A DNA stretch of 64,000 nucleotides from Squalus acanthias (lineage: Eukaryota), in the NCBI GenBank assembly GCA_030390025.1, contig CM059447.1, positions 15,872,001-15,936,000 on the forward strand. Reading direction: 5' to 3'. Of this stretch, positions 52,191 to 64,000 are shown piece by piece (position 1 is the stretch's first letter; each line of letters begins with the position of its first letter). The notes beneath the pieces are model-generated. The model had not been told where the DNA came from. It did not search any database and saw only the letters and a list, made by a program, of their open reading frames with translations. The position numbers were made by a program, and so were the translations under genes.

Positions 52191-54405
52191 ACTGAGATTA
52201 TCAAACACTCCGTGGGGCGCAATGGTTCCTATGTTTCTGGTGTTGGGGAGAGGGTGTTGCCTGTGGAGAGCAGGCAACCTGAGATGAATAGTTGAGCTGT
52301 GGGCAGATATACTGGAGTTTTGCTTGATCATTTGTCAGAGTCAGGGAACATTTTGCAGGACTCTCCATACGGAGATTAAACAGGAGTAGAACCTGTGTCC
52401 GAATCCATGGATAGATTATCCATGATCTGCAGAGAGAGCAGGCACGATGGGCTAAATTTCTTGTCCTTATCCCACACTTTCTTAGGCTCTTAAATTAAAA
52501 TGGGTAAGTGACAAACATGAAAAATTATTGTATCAGAATCTTTACTACATGATTTGGTTGCCACGCATATTGCAGGGGTTGATTTTCAAGCATTATATGT
52601 AAAAGCCTACAGCGATACTTGGTAATAGTTCTTTAAAATGGAACAACAGAGATGAGTTATTTCAGTCCTTCACACTGTATAGGTACTGCCCTTGTCCGGA
52701 TCTACCGGTTTTTATACATCATTGTAGACAGCACCAGTGTTAACACCATGATCATCCTCGTACAATTAACACTTCCCTTTTACAATTAACAATCATAATT
52801 AACAAGCTCTCTTTTGGTTCCTCTTTTGTCCTTCCCTTTCATTCTCAAGCGGCACAGCATTTACCTTTATCTGATCACCTTTTCTCTCAGTGCCTTTGTG
52901 ACGAAAGGACGTGCAGAGAGTACAATGTTTTGAACAAATATTAATGCCACATTGCAAACGCTTGTATTGCAGCAGATACAGCATCTGGTGTGGTATGAGC
53001 ACGCCGTCACGGCCAACACGACAGGAAGTTCTCAGGGCAGGGCTCTTCTGGGATCTGGGCCTGCTCGAAATTCCCCAGTACGGCAACATCACCCCTTTAA
53101 ATGACCCTCACGCAGCACTCCCGAAAACAAAATAATAAGGAACGGCAACCTCGAAAGGAGTCGTAACCTTATGATGCAGTATTTCATTTGAGTGATTTCA
53201 AAACTATGAGAAAACTTTTATTAGAAATGCATTAATTTATTAACTACTGTGTTATTTTAATTTATTATGTGAAGCTTGTTATAGCAGCAATGTTTTACAA
53301 ATCACCATGTCACACCAAGGTAATTAGTAGTGACCTTTTGCAACATGAGAATGCATTGTGAAATCCTTCATAGATCATGCACTCGCAAAGCACTCTGCAT
53401 TTACGTACTGTAAACCACTCCAAGAATCCACTTACTGTGTGTATTGGGTGGGGTCTCTTTATTGCACTGCTAATCTAAAATTCAATCTGAAATGTCTTGT
53501 TAATGAACCTTCTCATCTGCACATTTACTTTCCAGGAGCGCAGTAATGATTTATAAAATAGTTTTTCAAGTACAGGAGAGAGCCAAGAGAATGCACTTCT
53601 CCAAATGAATGAGAGATTCTCCAGCAAACTTTATAAACGTAAAGATTTATGGTTTCACTTGTAAATCAGCCCGAGTGCGCAGAGATCACTACTTGGCTGA
53701 GTATGTTTCTGACGCTAACCTTAAAGGGGGAACTCAAGCCTCTTTTGAAAGACAGCAGATTTCTTTCGTTTACTCACACGAATCCTCTGCCTGTGTCTGG
53801 TCCCGTGTGACACTGCTGCCTCGCTATTCCTAGTAATGCACCAGAGCGATGGCATGGCTGCATGCGGGCTGTAATTTTGCCATGCAACTTTCCACAGAAT
53901 CCTTGGCTCATAAAATAAAAGTAAATGGACGCATTTCTCCTCAAAATTGCAAATACTTCTAGGAGTTTAACATGTCAGAAATGAATTCTCCACAGTAAGA
54001 AGCAACAATGGTTTCCCACCCAGGCACAACATTACCACCCTGATATTTCCACAACACAGCAGCATCTGGTTAAGAACGTTTTGCAGAGAATGGTGTTTGT
54101 TAGTAAACTATTAAAATGCACTATCCCGTAGATAAGATCAAGGTCCCCTTTAAACTGACAAGGAGACTGTTGGGACAAAAGGGGTCCTGTAGGTTCAGGA
54201 TACAACCTGTATCATTCACAGGGAGACATGCTTCTTTAAATCTGTTAAATGGGTAATGTTTTGGAAAGTCAGTTGGTTTCACAGGAAGTGAGACGTTCTC
54301 ATCAGTTTGACCAGAAATGTCACATGGTACACTTGTGGCACTGGCAAAGCATGGGGGTTTTGTCATACGTTTATCAGAATCCCCAGCAAAAACCACTGGG
54401 AATAA

Positions 54406-54676
54406 CACATACACGCACACACGCACGTACATACGCATGTACACACGCACACACATACACGTACATACACATACACACACATACACATACACGCACACGC
54501 ACACACACACACATGCACACACACGTACAGACATACACACACGTACACACACGTACAGACATACGCGTACACACACGTACAGACATACATACACACACAT
54601 GCATACACACACACGTGCATACACACACATATATACATACACACGTACATACACACATGTACATACACACACGTAC
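54406..54676 (+). repeat. Compound (CA)n/(CATA)n/(CGTA)n simple repeat next to a gap
   Basis: Direct reading; it produces the spurious HT- and CV-rich ORFs. Confidence 0.95.
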
Positions 54677-55019
54677 NNNNNNNNNNNNNNNNNNNNNNNN
54701 NNNNNNNNNNNNNNNNNNNNNNNNNNNNNNNNNNNNNNNNNNNNNNNNNNNNNNNNNNNNNNNNNNNNNNNNNNNNNNNNNNNNNNNNNNNNNNNNNNNN
54801 NNNNNNNNNNNNNNNNNNNNNNNNNNNNNNNNNNNNNNNNNNNNNNNNNNNNNNNNNNNNNNNNNNNNNNNNNNNNNNNNNNNNNNNNNNNNNNNNNNNN
54901 NNNNNNNNNNNNNNNNNNNNNNNNNNNNNNNNNNNNNNNNNNNNNNNNNNNNNNNNNNNNNNNNNNNNNNNNNNNNNNNNNNNNNNNNNNNNNNNNNNNN
55001 NNNNNNNNNNNNNNNNNNN
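54677..55019. other. Assembly gap (N run)
   Basis: Run of N. Confidence 1.
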
Positions 55020-56147
55020 TAGCAGAAGATCACCTTGGCTGTAACAATGGAGTGGAAATACATTCCCAAAATGTAAGGCAGCTGGGCTGATCAATCTTAG
55101 GAAGGATAAAAAAATACCTGTAAGTCAAAGCTTAATCGTGGGGAAATTGTGAGAGGTGTGTTTGTAACAGACCTTTAACTCAATGAGAACAATGAGGTTG
55201 ATTGGTCGTTTCTGTTTTAAAAATATTGGCTTCTTGTTCATTGTTTGATATCGATCAATTATAGATTGTGAATTAATTTTTATAAAATGTAAACATTGTT
55301 GCCTGGAAATGACAAATGCTTAATGTGCTCGTATCAAATTCCTCTCTCTGCTTTTTTACTGGAGGCGTGAACGATATATTTTAAATGAATTAACGCTTCC
55401 ATTAAAATAGAAGAGGAACTTGATACAAGTGTGTTAAGTGTTCAGATGATAACATCGCTCACAGTCATTACCAGGCTTACATGAGTGGGAAGAGAAGCTG
55501 CAACGCTTCATATTAAACAGGATTTTGTATCAGCACAAAATTACCCAGCATCATGAGAAATGTGCTTTTAACTCACCTGAAATTAAATTTCAATGTTGTC
55601 ACTGATCTGTCATCCCAGAGGGATCCCTGCTGGCTACATATACAAGAATCTGGTTCTAGAACAGTTGCTCCCCCTAAAGCATGTACAGTGCATTCGTGCA
55701 GTCCCATCCTTATCTGAAATACATCCTTATTCAGTAAGAGCCTTAACAAGTGCCCTTTCCACCCTGTTCAATGTCAATTTGTACTTTTCTATCATTTACT
55801 GCTGAAGGAATGTAGAGTTTGGTTTGTGAAACTGATGCTGGTAGTCATTCTTTCTGTGTACTGATATTCAATTCTAATATATCCCGGGCTAGCCTGCAGT
55901 ATTTACTAGTAAAGTTTCAAATTATATTAGTCATGCTTAAGACGCAATAACAAAAATGTTACAATAAACTGGTGATAGTGAAGAGTATCTTCTGTTGCTT
56001 TGACCCAGCGACTGAGGCTTACAAAAATATCCTGTCCTTTTCCCCCACTTAGAAATATCAGGAATTTCCAGTGTTCTGGGGATAGTTTTCAGCTGTTTTG
56101 GCAACCCTGGATAGGTATGGTTCGAGCACTCTGGTGAATGAATCAAT

Positions 56148-56692
56148 GGCCTTGAGTTTAACCCCCGCCCACTCCCACCAATGGGCGGGAGAGGGTCAGG
56201 GGGTTAAAGTATCAGGGTTGGGCAACCCGATCCCATTCTCACCCCTTTATATTTTAACGTGAGGAAATCAGGCAATGGACGAGGATTCCACAAAAGGCAG
56301 GTTGGGGGGCCTAATTAACATACCAAAGTCGCGGCCTGATGACATCACTGAAGCAGCAACTTAAATCTAGCAGTAAGTGACGGGGAGCCTCTCCTCCTCC
56401 AGACAACCAGCCTCCCTCCCGCTATACCCGATACTCCCCCGCCCTCCGATCATGGCCTGCGTCTGATGCTCCCTTTCCAGTGCCGGGGACCATCCCTGGC
56501 AACCTGCCAGTGTTCCCTCCCACTGCCGGCCAGGCTGTCCATTTGGCTGGACGGGAGGCGAGCCGACACTATGTGAATGAGGCCCTGGCGTTAAGATCAG
56601 CAGGGCCTCCACGCCCCCCGGGCCTTGTCGGTTTCTTTGGCTAACTTCGGCCTCCCCAGCACTCTCCCCAGCTCCCCGTTAATATCGGGGCC
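56148..56692. mobile_element. GC-rich MITE with 3-bp AAT duplication (Harbinger-like)
   Basis: aat|ggccttgagtttaac ... gttaatatcggggcc|aat imperfect TIRs. Confidence 0.6.
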
Positions 56693-56959
56693 AATTTGCG
56701 GAATTGATTCCATCAAGAATTAGGCTAAAGTACAATTCAAAAATAGTATTAAGTGAGATAAGGTTTTACACAGATATTTTTCCTCACATGCTGCTATTTC
56801 TCCATTTATCCTCATGAGGCAGCTGGCGAACATAGAACTTTTAGGAAACCTCTGATAGGATATCAGTTACAACATTCGATCCATCTTTAAGATGGTATCT
56901 CTCTACTGCAATACCAAAGAGTGTGTGAAAGGGAGGAAAGTAACTGCATGGTAAGAGAA

Positions 56960-58595
56960 ATGGCAAGGGGACAGAAAGCAAAGAGTAGGAGTAAATGGAT
57001 GTTTTTCAGATTGATGGAATGTGGGTGTCGTGTGCCCCGGGGGATCTGTACTTGGATGTCTCTTGTTTTCCATTTATATAAATGGTTTGGAATTAGGCAC
57101 AAGAGGAATTATATTGAAGTTTCTTGACAATACCAAATTAGAGGCCATGGGCAAACCATAAGGAAGAATTGCAGGAGGTCATGGGCAGGATTGTGGAGTG
57201 GGCAGATAGGTGGTGAATGCAGTTCAATGTATCCAGCAGTTTGTCAGTGTAATCCTTTGCAGCAGAAGTGAACAAGATCAATGCAGAGAAACATGAAGCA
57301 GTAACTATACCCTAAATCGTAAGATTCTTTAACAGAATGGGAGGAGCAAAGAGTTCTAAGGAAGCAGAAATATATATCTTGAAAGCTGAGAGTGCCGACA
57401 GAAAAGGCCATAAAAAGGATAAGAAAGTATTCTGGCTTTTATACATAGGGGCATTGAATATATATTTTTTAAGCCATTCCTGGGATGTGGGCGTCGCTGG
57501 CAAGGCCAGCAATTATTGCCCATCCCTAATTGCCCTTGAGAAGGTGGTGGTGAGCCGCCTTCTTGAACCGCTGCAGTCCGTGTGGTGAAGGTACTCCCAC
57601 AGTGCTGTTAGGGAGGGAGTTCCAGGATTTTGACCCAGCGACGATGAAGGATCGGTGATATACTTCCAAGTCAGGATGGTGTGTGACTTGGAGGGGAACT
57701 TGGAGGTGGTGGTGTTCCCATGCACCTGCTGCCCTTGTCCTTCTAGGTGGTAGAGGTCGCAGGTTTGGGAGGTGCTGCCGAAGAAGCCTTGGCGAGTTGC
57801 TGCAGCGCATCTTGTAGATGGTACGTACTGCAGCCACGGTACGCCGGTGGTGGAGGGAGTGAATGTTTAAGGTGGTGGATGGGGTGCCAATCAAGCAGGC
57901 TGCTTTGTCCTGGATGGTGTCGAGCTTCTTGAGTGTTGTGGGAGCTGCACTCATCCAGGCAAGTGGGGAGTATTCCATCACACTCCAAGTGATGTTAAAT
58001 TTATAAAAGACATTGGTCAAGTTGGAGTATTGCAGACAATTCTGGGCATGTGATTATAAGAAGAATATTAGAACCATGGAAAGGGTACAGCCAAGATTCA
58101 CTAGAATGATACCAGGAAATAAGAGGTTAGTTATAAAGAAAAATTAGGAAAAGTTTCACAAGAACAGAGAAGGTTAAGGGCAGATCAATTAAAAGTTTTC
58201 AAAATTATGAAAGGTTTTGAGAGAGTAAATAGTGAAAGATTGTTTCCACTGGTTGCTGAATCACTAACAGAGCTTAGACTCAGAATTGGATGATACACAT
58301 CAACATGGACTGGTTGGGCAGAACGGCCTGTTTCCACATTGGAATTTCTATGTAATTCTGTAATTGTCACTAGAGGAACAGGGGCAAAATTAAGTGTTTT
58401 CACACTGAGAGATTTTAGAAGTGAAACGATTTGCCACAAGTGCCTACTGAAACAGAGACTACATCACAATTTTAAAAAGGAATTGAGTAAATATTCAAAA
58501 AGAAAGAAGGCTATGGGGAAAAGGTAGGGAAATGGAATTAAGAGAAGATCACTGCAGTTGAACAGTTAGCACCGGACATGCCAAATGACCTTCAT
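56960..58595 (+). mobile_element. Old degenerate CR1 LINE, split by a younger LINE at 57470-57987
   Basis: Remnants gtgccccggggatctgtacttgga (VP.GSVLG), ttggagtattgcagacaattctgg (LEYCRQFW) and aaggttaagggcagat. Confidence 0.6.
57470..57987 (-). mobile_element. CR1/L2-group LINE 3' end, little diverged
   Basis: ORF 57526-58020 reads SVMEYSPLAWMSAAPTTLKKLDTIQDKAA...HSLHHRRTVAAV...WNSLPNS...QRFKKAAHHHLLKGN. Confidence 0.88.
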
Positions 58596-58990
58596 ATAGA
58601 ATCATAAAAGTTTACAGCACAGGAGGAGGCCATTCGGCCCGTCGTGTCTGTGCCGGCCAAAAAAGAGCTCTCCAGCCTAATCCCACTTTCCAGCTCTTGG
58701 TCCGTAGCCCTGTAGGTTACGGCACTTCAAGTACATATCCAAGTGCTTTTTAAATGTGATGAGGGTTTCTGCCTCTACCACCCTTTCAGGCAGTGAGTTC
58801 CAGACCCCCACCACCCTCTGAGTGAAAAAAGTTCTCCTCAACTCCCCTGTAATCCTTCTACCAATCACTTTAAATCTATGCCCCCTGGTTATTGAACTCT
58901 CTGCTAAGGGAAATAAGTCCTTCCTATCTAGGCCCCTCGTAATTTTATGCACCTCAATTAAATCTCCCCTCAGCCTCCTCTGCGCCAAAG
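58596..58990 (-). mobile_element. CR1 LINE 3' end
   Basis: ORF 58677-58988 reads QRRLRGDLIEVHKI...FFTQRVVGVWNSLPERVVEAE; tail ttttatgattcta. Confidence 0.9.
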
Positions 58991-60240
58991 AACTTATTCT
59001 GCTTTGGAATTTCTATGATTCTACAATACAAAACATCTTACTGTGATCTCAGGCATTGAAGATTAGTTTTCTTTACCAAACTAGGTAAATTACATGAGTA
59101 CATCCGCGTACTATGAAATGAATAGTTATCAATGGATTTACATATGCTGCATGTCACTGTAAATCTGCCTTAGTCAGGTACATCAATACAATGTCAACAC
59201 AAGCTATTTAAAGGCATGATGCAGAAGAGGAATTCATTTCATATATACACATATTAATGAAAGTATGATATAGGCTACCAACTGTAGGTCTGTTGACCAA
59301 GTGATGGTATCTGCAGTCAAACAGTCAGACAGTGGCCTCCAGAGCAAGTGGTGGGTTTTCAAATGCTCAGCAACTATACGAATCTTGATGAGTGGTGCAC
59401 TTATTTCACCCAAATATGCTCGCATCACGATAGATTTGAATTTTGACCAAAATAGGGATACAGAAAGAGTTTTGATGGTGTGAAACCACATTACGAGCTT
59501 TATGTAGATTTTTGAATTAAATTGTGTAATGAGACGCATTTTAGGAAAGAAATTCCCATTCTTATCATTGCTCTATAGGTTCACCCAATTATTATATGTT
59601 TAAATATTATATTTATATGTATATATTAACAGAGACTGGATTAAAACATTGAACAGAGAATGTCCTGCAAATGTATTAATTTTTGGTCATTAAGAGGACC
59701 AAATGCATTCTAGACTAGAGTTTTTTTTTTAAACGGAAATCATACCTGAATCAATGACAGAATGAAGTGCTGCTTTTTACATTACCAGGATTGTCACTGA
59801 CTTGTAAAAAAAAAATCATCATTTGAAAAATATTTATAGTTAATTTTATGAACCAAATAAGATTTTGCTGCCATTCACACCATATTAGCTGCTTATGCAT
59901 TCCTTGTCTCCTTGGAAGTGACATTACTGTACCAAGCACCATGGAGCAGGGCTCTGCACACACAAGCTCACAGTTCAAAGGACTCCACACCACAGTCATG
60001 CTAAGAATAAATCTTCCAAGTTCTCTCTGTTTCCAGCCTCTGTTGTGAATGTGTGTGGGGAATCCCACTGAGAGTAATATTATTCGGCCCAGGGCCACCA
60101 GCTGTCTTTACCACCCAGACTTCGACACAGTGATGCACACAGTATTGCTCCAGCTGAAAGTGGGAAGCTTTCTTTAAATTTAGACTTTGCGCAAAGATTT
60201 GTCCGAACCGCTTGGGATGCTCCTCGACCGGGTTTCTTAC

Positions 60241-60411
60241 CTTCGTGGGAGTGGGAAAACCAGATCTGTGATGTCGCCGAGTGGGGACTTCGGAAGGCGG
60301 GCTCGGAGGGGGAAGACGTAGGTCCCGCAGGATGAGCAGGTGCTGACCCCAAGCTGCTGGCTAGGAAACTTCCCATGAATGTGGCTGATGAGTTTCCCAT
60401 CAGTGCGTTGC
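60241..60411 (-). CDS. BAHCC1: BAHCC1 internal coding exon (probable coding exon 2), 171 nt, phase 1-1
   Basis: Encodes (G)[56 protein letters not shown], matching the recalled BAHCC1 motif FMGSFLTSSLGS...[10 protein letters not shown]. Acceptor ttttcttttctttggacgcatcag| has an upstream CTAAT branch-like site; donor is GAAG|gtaaga. Confidence 0.93.
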
Positions 60412-62004
60412 CTGATGCGTCCAAAGAAAAGAAAAACAGCGGCGAGATTAGTTCTGTCGTTCAATCGGACATTTTTTTCCCCTACAAACTTTCTACCGTG
60501 AGCAATCTTCATCAAATGTTTAAATTGCTGCTATTTTAATGGGCTTATCACATGCAAACAGCCCGAGGCAAGCGTGAGGCATTAAACACAAGTAAACGGA
60601 GGCGCGATGGGTTGTTGCCACCTATAACTATTAACTACAGCATTAAATGATGTAACCACTGTTCTTTTTAGGTTCTGTAAACCCCAAATCATACTTCTGC
60701 TTTACTATTTGATCGGAGTCTGTATTTGTATTTAAAATTGCACAGTTCTGGGCTGAAAGCCAACTCTCAAGGGTCCTACTTGAAGTGAGCTTGGGCACTT
60801 TCAACCCAGATCTTAGTGCGGCCCACTGCACAAAACCGCCCACAACTTGGCACAAATTTGCATTCTCGTTCAGAGAGACTGTAAAGATGGCTGGGATTGG
60901 AAGAGCGATTTTTCTGTGGTTGGGGTTAAGGCAACATGGGGCAGAGAAAAAGAAGCTTTGTTTTGCATCTGTCTGGGCTAAATCGGAACTGGGAGAGTTT
61001 GATACTGACCCCCGAGTGGCAAAAATAGAAATGTATTTAATTCCCACCCCCACACTGACATCCCTCCCTTTGATGAGCACGACACATACACATTGTATAT
61101 TCAGTAGAGACGATGCACCAGACGGCCATGATTGTGGGATTTAGGGGAAAACGCAGAACCACTAACATGTAAATTAGTCAGCAAAATTCGATTCAAGCTC
61201 GGGGGTCGACATTCTAGACCCACTCCCAGAAGGGCCACAAACTAGACCGGCTCCGGATGCACTGGGTACCGACATTGCCCGGGAGTTTCCTTTGGCCCAT
61301 GTTTGGGGCAAAGCCTCCGCCCACCCTAAATATGACCATTGAAGTAGGGTGGGGGCAGAGCTGGGAACAGGGACCTCCCAAGTCTGGGAGTTCTCACAGC
61401 CCCGGCCTAGAAAATGGCAGTCAAAGGATTGATTGCCAATATGCCCAGAAGGAATTAACATACTGGCCTCAGGAGTGCAGTTGTGAGGCCCACGTTGGAT
61501 GGCAGCCAGCCTTCCCCCACCCCGATACAAAGTTTTTAAAACGGTTTAGACCAGCCCCCTTGGCAAGTCTGGTGGGCCCGGGTACATCTCGGGTGCCCAC
61601 TGACGGTACTTAAATTGGGTGACCTCCCCCGAGGCCACATACTCTGATGTGGTCAGCGGCAGAGGTTACCTGGCCATAACTATTGGGATCGCTGGCTTGC
61701 TCCATTTTTGGCCACTACACGTGTTTAAAGAGCTCCCTTGAAAGCCAGATGAATAAGTGTACTGTAGATCTGAATGCGAGAAAGGACCCCAGCCCACATT
61801 TACATGATCTAAATAATACTAAACAAAAAACTGCAAATGGTGAAAATCTAAAGGCAGAAAATGCTGGATATAGCCAACAGGCATCTGTACATTGACATCA
61901 TTTTTATTCTGGATCAAATGGTTCAAAATGAGTTGTTGTATCTATTGACCAATATTATTTGTGGACCTGAAAAATCTGCATCCAGGTCTATCCAGCCCAA
62001 ATCT

Positions 62005-62805
62005 CAGGTTGGCTCAGTTGGGAACATTCTTGCCTCATCATCAGAAGTGTGTGGTTTCAAGGCCTACTCCAAGACTTGAGCATATAAACCATGCTGACAC
62101 TTCAGTCAAGTATTAATGGAGTGTTAGAGGTGTCAACTTTTGGATAAGATATTAAATCAAGGCCTGTTTAGGTGAAAAGACTCCCTGGCACCATTTGAAG
62201 AGGGGCCGGGAAAGACATCCCCAAAGCACCGCACAGCCAATGAATGACTTTTGAAGTTTTACTCATTGTTGTTATGGAGACAAGCACAGAAACTAATTTG
62301 TAAAGTCCCACAAACAGCAATGAGACATATGACCAGTTAATCTGTTTTGTTGGTTGTAGGATAAATGTTGGCTGGGAGACCAGAAAAAATCTCCTGCTCT
62401 TCTAGTGCCATGATATCTTTTACCTCAGTTTAACATCTTAACTGAAAGACAGCACTTCTGGCAATGTAGCATTCCCTCAGTATCACACAGAAGTCTTAGC
62501 CAAGATTATGTGCTCAAGTGGGGCTTGAACCCATATCTTTGCAACTCAGAGGCAAGACTGCTACCAGTGAGTCAACAGTTTTCTTGGTTACCTGGCTGAT
62601 ATTCCTCTCTCAACTAGCAACACCAAAAACAGATTAACTGGCCATTCATCTCATTGCTGTTTGTGGGACCTTGCTGTGCACAAATTGGCTGCCATCTTTG
62701 CCTGTGTCACAACAGTGACTGCGCTTCAAACCTAATTCACTGGTTGAAAAGCGGTTTGGGAAGTTGTCAAGATGTGAAAAGGCGCTATCTAAATGCAAGT
62801 TCCTC
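62005..62805 (+). mobile_element. DeuSINE (+) with an opposite-strand DeuSINE nested inside (~62212-62576)
   Basis: The + head ggttggctcagttgg... breaks at ~62211 and resumes at ~62577 (cctggctgatattcctctctcaac...ggcgctatctaaatgcaagtt). The intervening segment reads as a minus-strand copy. Confidence 0.75.
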
Positions 62806-63628
62806 CTCTACCCCTTTTGGAGGAGGGTGTATTATGACAGACAGTTTACAATGGAGAGGAAAAACAGGGTGAAAACAGGAAGAAAAATAAATCCGCTTTA
62901 AGAATGAAAAAAAAAGGTCATGCCACCAGACACTACTGCAGACACTGCATGGTTAATGGATAAAATGAAGTGTAGCTGGTATCATATGTCCTACTTTTGC
63001 TGGCATTGTTTCAGCATGGATACACAGGGGAAGAACGTGTTTTGCTGGATTCAGGCGTCCATTCTTCTTGTGGCCTCAGGCTAAACTGGTACTCTAAAAT
63101 ACATCAGCCAGTTTTTACAACCATGCAATATTTTAAGAATGTTCGTGGGAAGCATGCCTTCGGGCCCCCAGCAGAACCTCTTTGTATGTAGCATTTGTCA
63201 GACAGTATCTGCTCTATCCAATGATGCTGAGTAGGCGCTAACACATGCAGGACACACCAAATGCTTTTACTGAACAATTTAAGCAATTATCATTTCACTG
63301 CAAGACTATGAGTGATTGTTAATGAGGGAGAGGGTCAGCGGGTACAGGGCATGAAGGAATCCAACTTTGCCAGTTCGTACACCCATTACAGTTTTCCACA
63401 GAATGCAGATGCTGAAGACACAGGCACATTGAGCCAGTTGTACAGATGCTTTACTGTTTGCTGGTACAGTAGTAACACACATCTGCAGTTTGCAGTCTGA
63501 GGTGACAGCAAGCCATGGAAATATGGGGGAAGTGAACAGGAGCCAGGCTATAGTGAGGGGCGTATGACATCGCTATGAGCCTAGCATGCTGTGGATAGGG
63601 CTTAACCGTAGAGCGTGGGCTTTTCCAT

Positions 63629-64000
63629 TGGCTTAATTGGTAAAGGCAATGCATGACTACGGCATGGTTCGATCAGAAGGTTCCAGGTTCGAATTCGGAG
63701 TTAGCCGAGACCCTCCCGAGGCTGCGATGCCAGAATTGGCCTCAGTACCCAAGCTAAGCAGGGTAAAATCGGCACTGCCAGGCAATGTTCCCTTTAAGCT
63801 GCGTGGCAGCGCTCTGGAGCTCCCGCGCAGCCGGCTCACCAGCTTTTAATAGAAAAACCGCGTATGCGGGGAATTTTTGAATGGGACGCGCAGCCCAATA
63901 AAAATGAGAGGGGACATTGCTGCCAGGGTTCTTGCTCGTGATTTCTATCCGTGACCCATAATCCTCCCCATGGTCGAATATCCTGCCAGCATTCACTGTC
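63629..64000 (+). mobile_element. tRNA-derived SINE (second family), interrupted by a hAT-like MITE and truncated by the window edge
   Basis: A box tggcttaattgg, B box ggttcgaattc, and body aattggcctcag...ggtcgaatatcctgccagcattcactgtc. Confidence 0.7.
63783..63919. mobile_element. hAT-like MITE, 137 bp, 8-bp TSD CTGCCAGG
   Basis: ctgccagg|caatgttccc ... ggggacattg|ctgccagg. Confidence 0.82.

Noticed and set aside
54121-55094. Long ORFs of 183-257 aa rich in HT or CV
   Set aside because: Artefacts of the (CA)n-type repeat and the N gap.
61174-61630. GC-rich stretch with 118-aa ORFs on both strands
   Set aside because: No recognisable protein motifs or splice context. It is probably another MITE-like repeat, but its termini could not be defined.
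61825-61890. Second Penelope-like terminal fragment (gcagaaaatgctggatat...ggcatctgt)
   Set aside because: Too short and degraded, and it lacks the hammerhead core; not reported as a feature.
63629-63700. A-box and B-box motifs suggesting a tRNA gene (also at ~5720, ~47180 and ~62010)
   Set aside because: These are SINE heads followed by SINE bodies; no complete cloverleaf is evident.
60412-64000. Search for the first BAHCC1 coding exon (MDGRDF...) or a promoter
   Set aside because: No matching peptide or convincing CpG-island promoter found; it probably lies beyond the window.

Overview
Eukaryotic (vertebrate) genomic DNA. The repeat complement (DeuSINE/SacSINE1-like SINEs, CR1/HER1-like and L2 LINEs, a Penelope-like palindrome) points to a cartilaginous fish; that taxon call is inference. 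The window lies inside one minus-strand gene, BAHCC1 (BAH domain and coiled-coil containing 1). Six internal coding exons are at 60411-60241, 18490-18365, 14755-12953, 11752-11638, 10492-10284 and 4439-4278. They splice in frame and match BAHCC1 N-terminal motifs recalled from the human protein. The first coding exon and the C-terminal exons lie outside the window. The rest is intron (one is about 41.7 kb) with layered LINEs, SINEs and MITEs, microsatellites and two assembly gaps. The best findings are: (1) a frame-required non-canonical GC splice donor with an out-of-frame GT 4 nt downstream; (2) a TSD-flanked, near-perfect Penelope-like palindrome with minimal hammerhead-ribozyme cores on both strands; (3) two small hAT-like MITEs whose 8-bp TSDs both end in CAGG; (4) a highly similar inverted-repeat pair 1.9 kb apart; (5) a diverged ~130-bp non-coding duplication 7 kb apart. 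I see no clear evidence of a new multi-gene system. Most listed ORFs are spurious or TE-derived. Exon numbers assume one upstream coding exon, and most TE boundaries are approximate.
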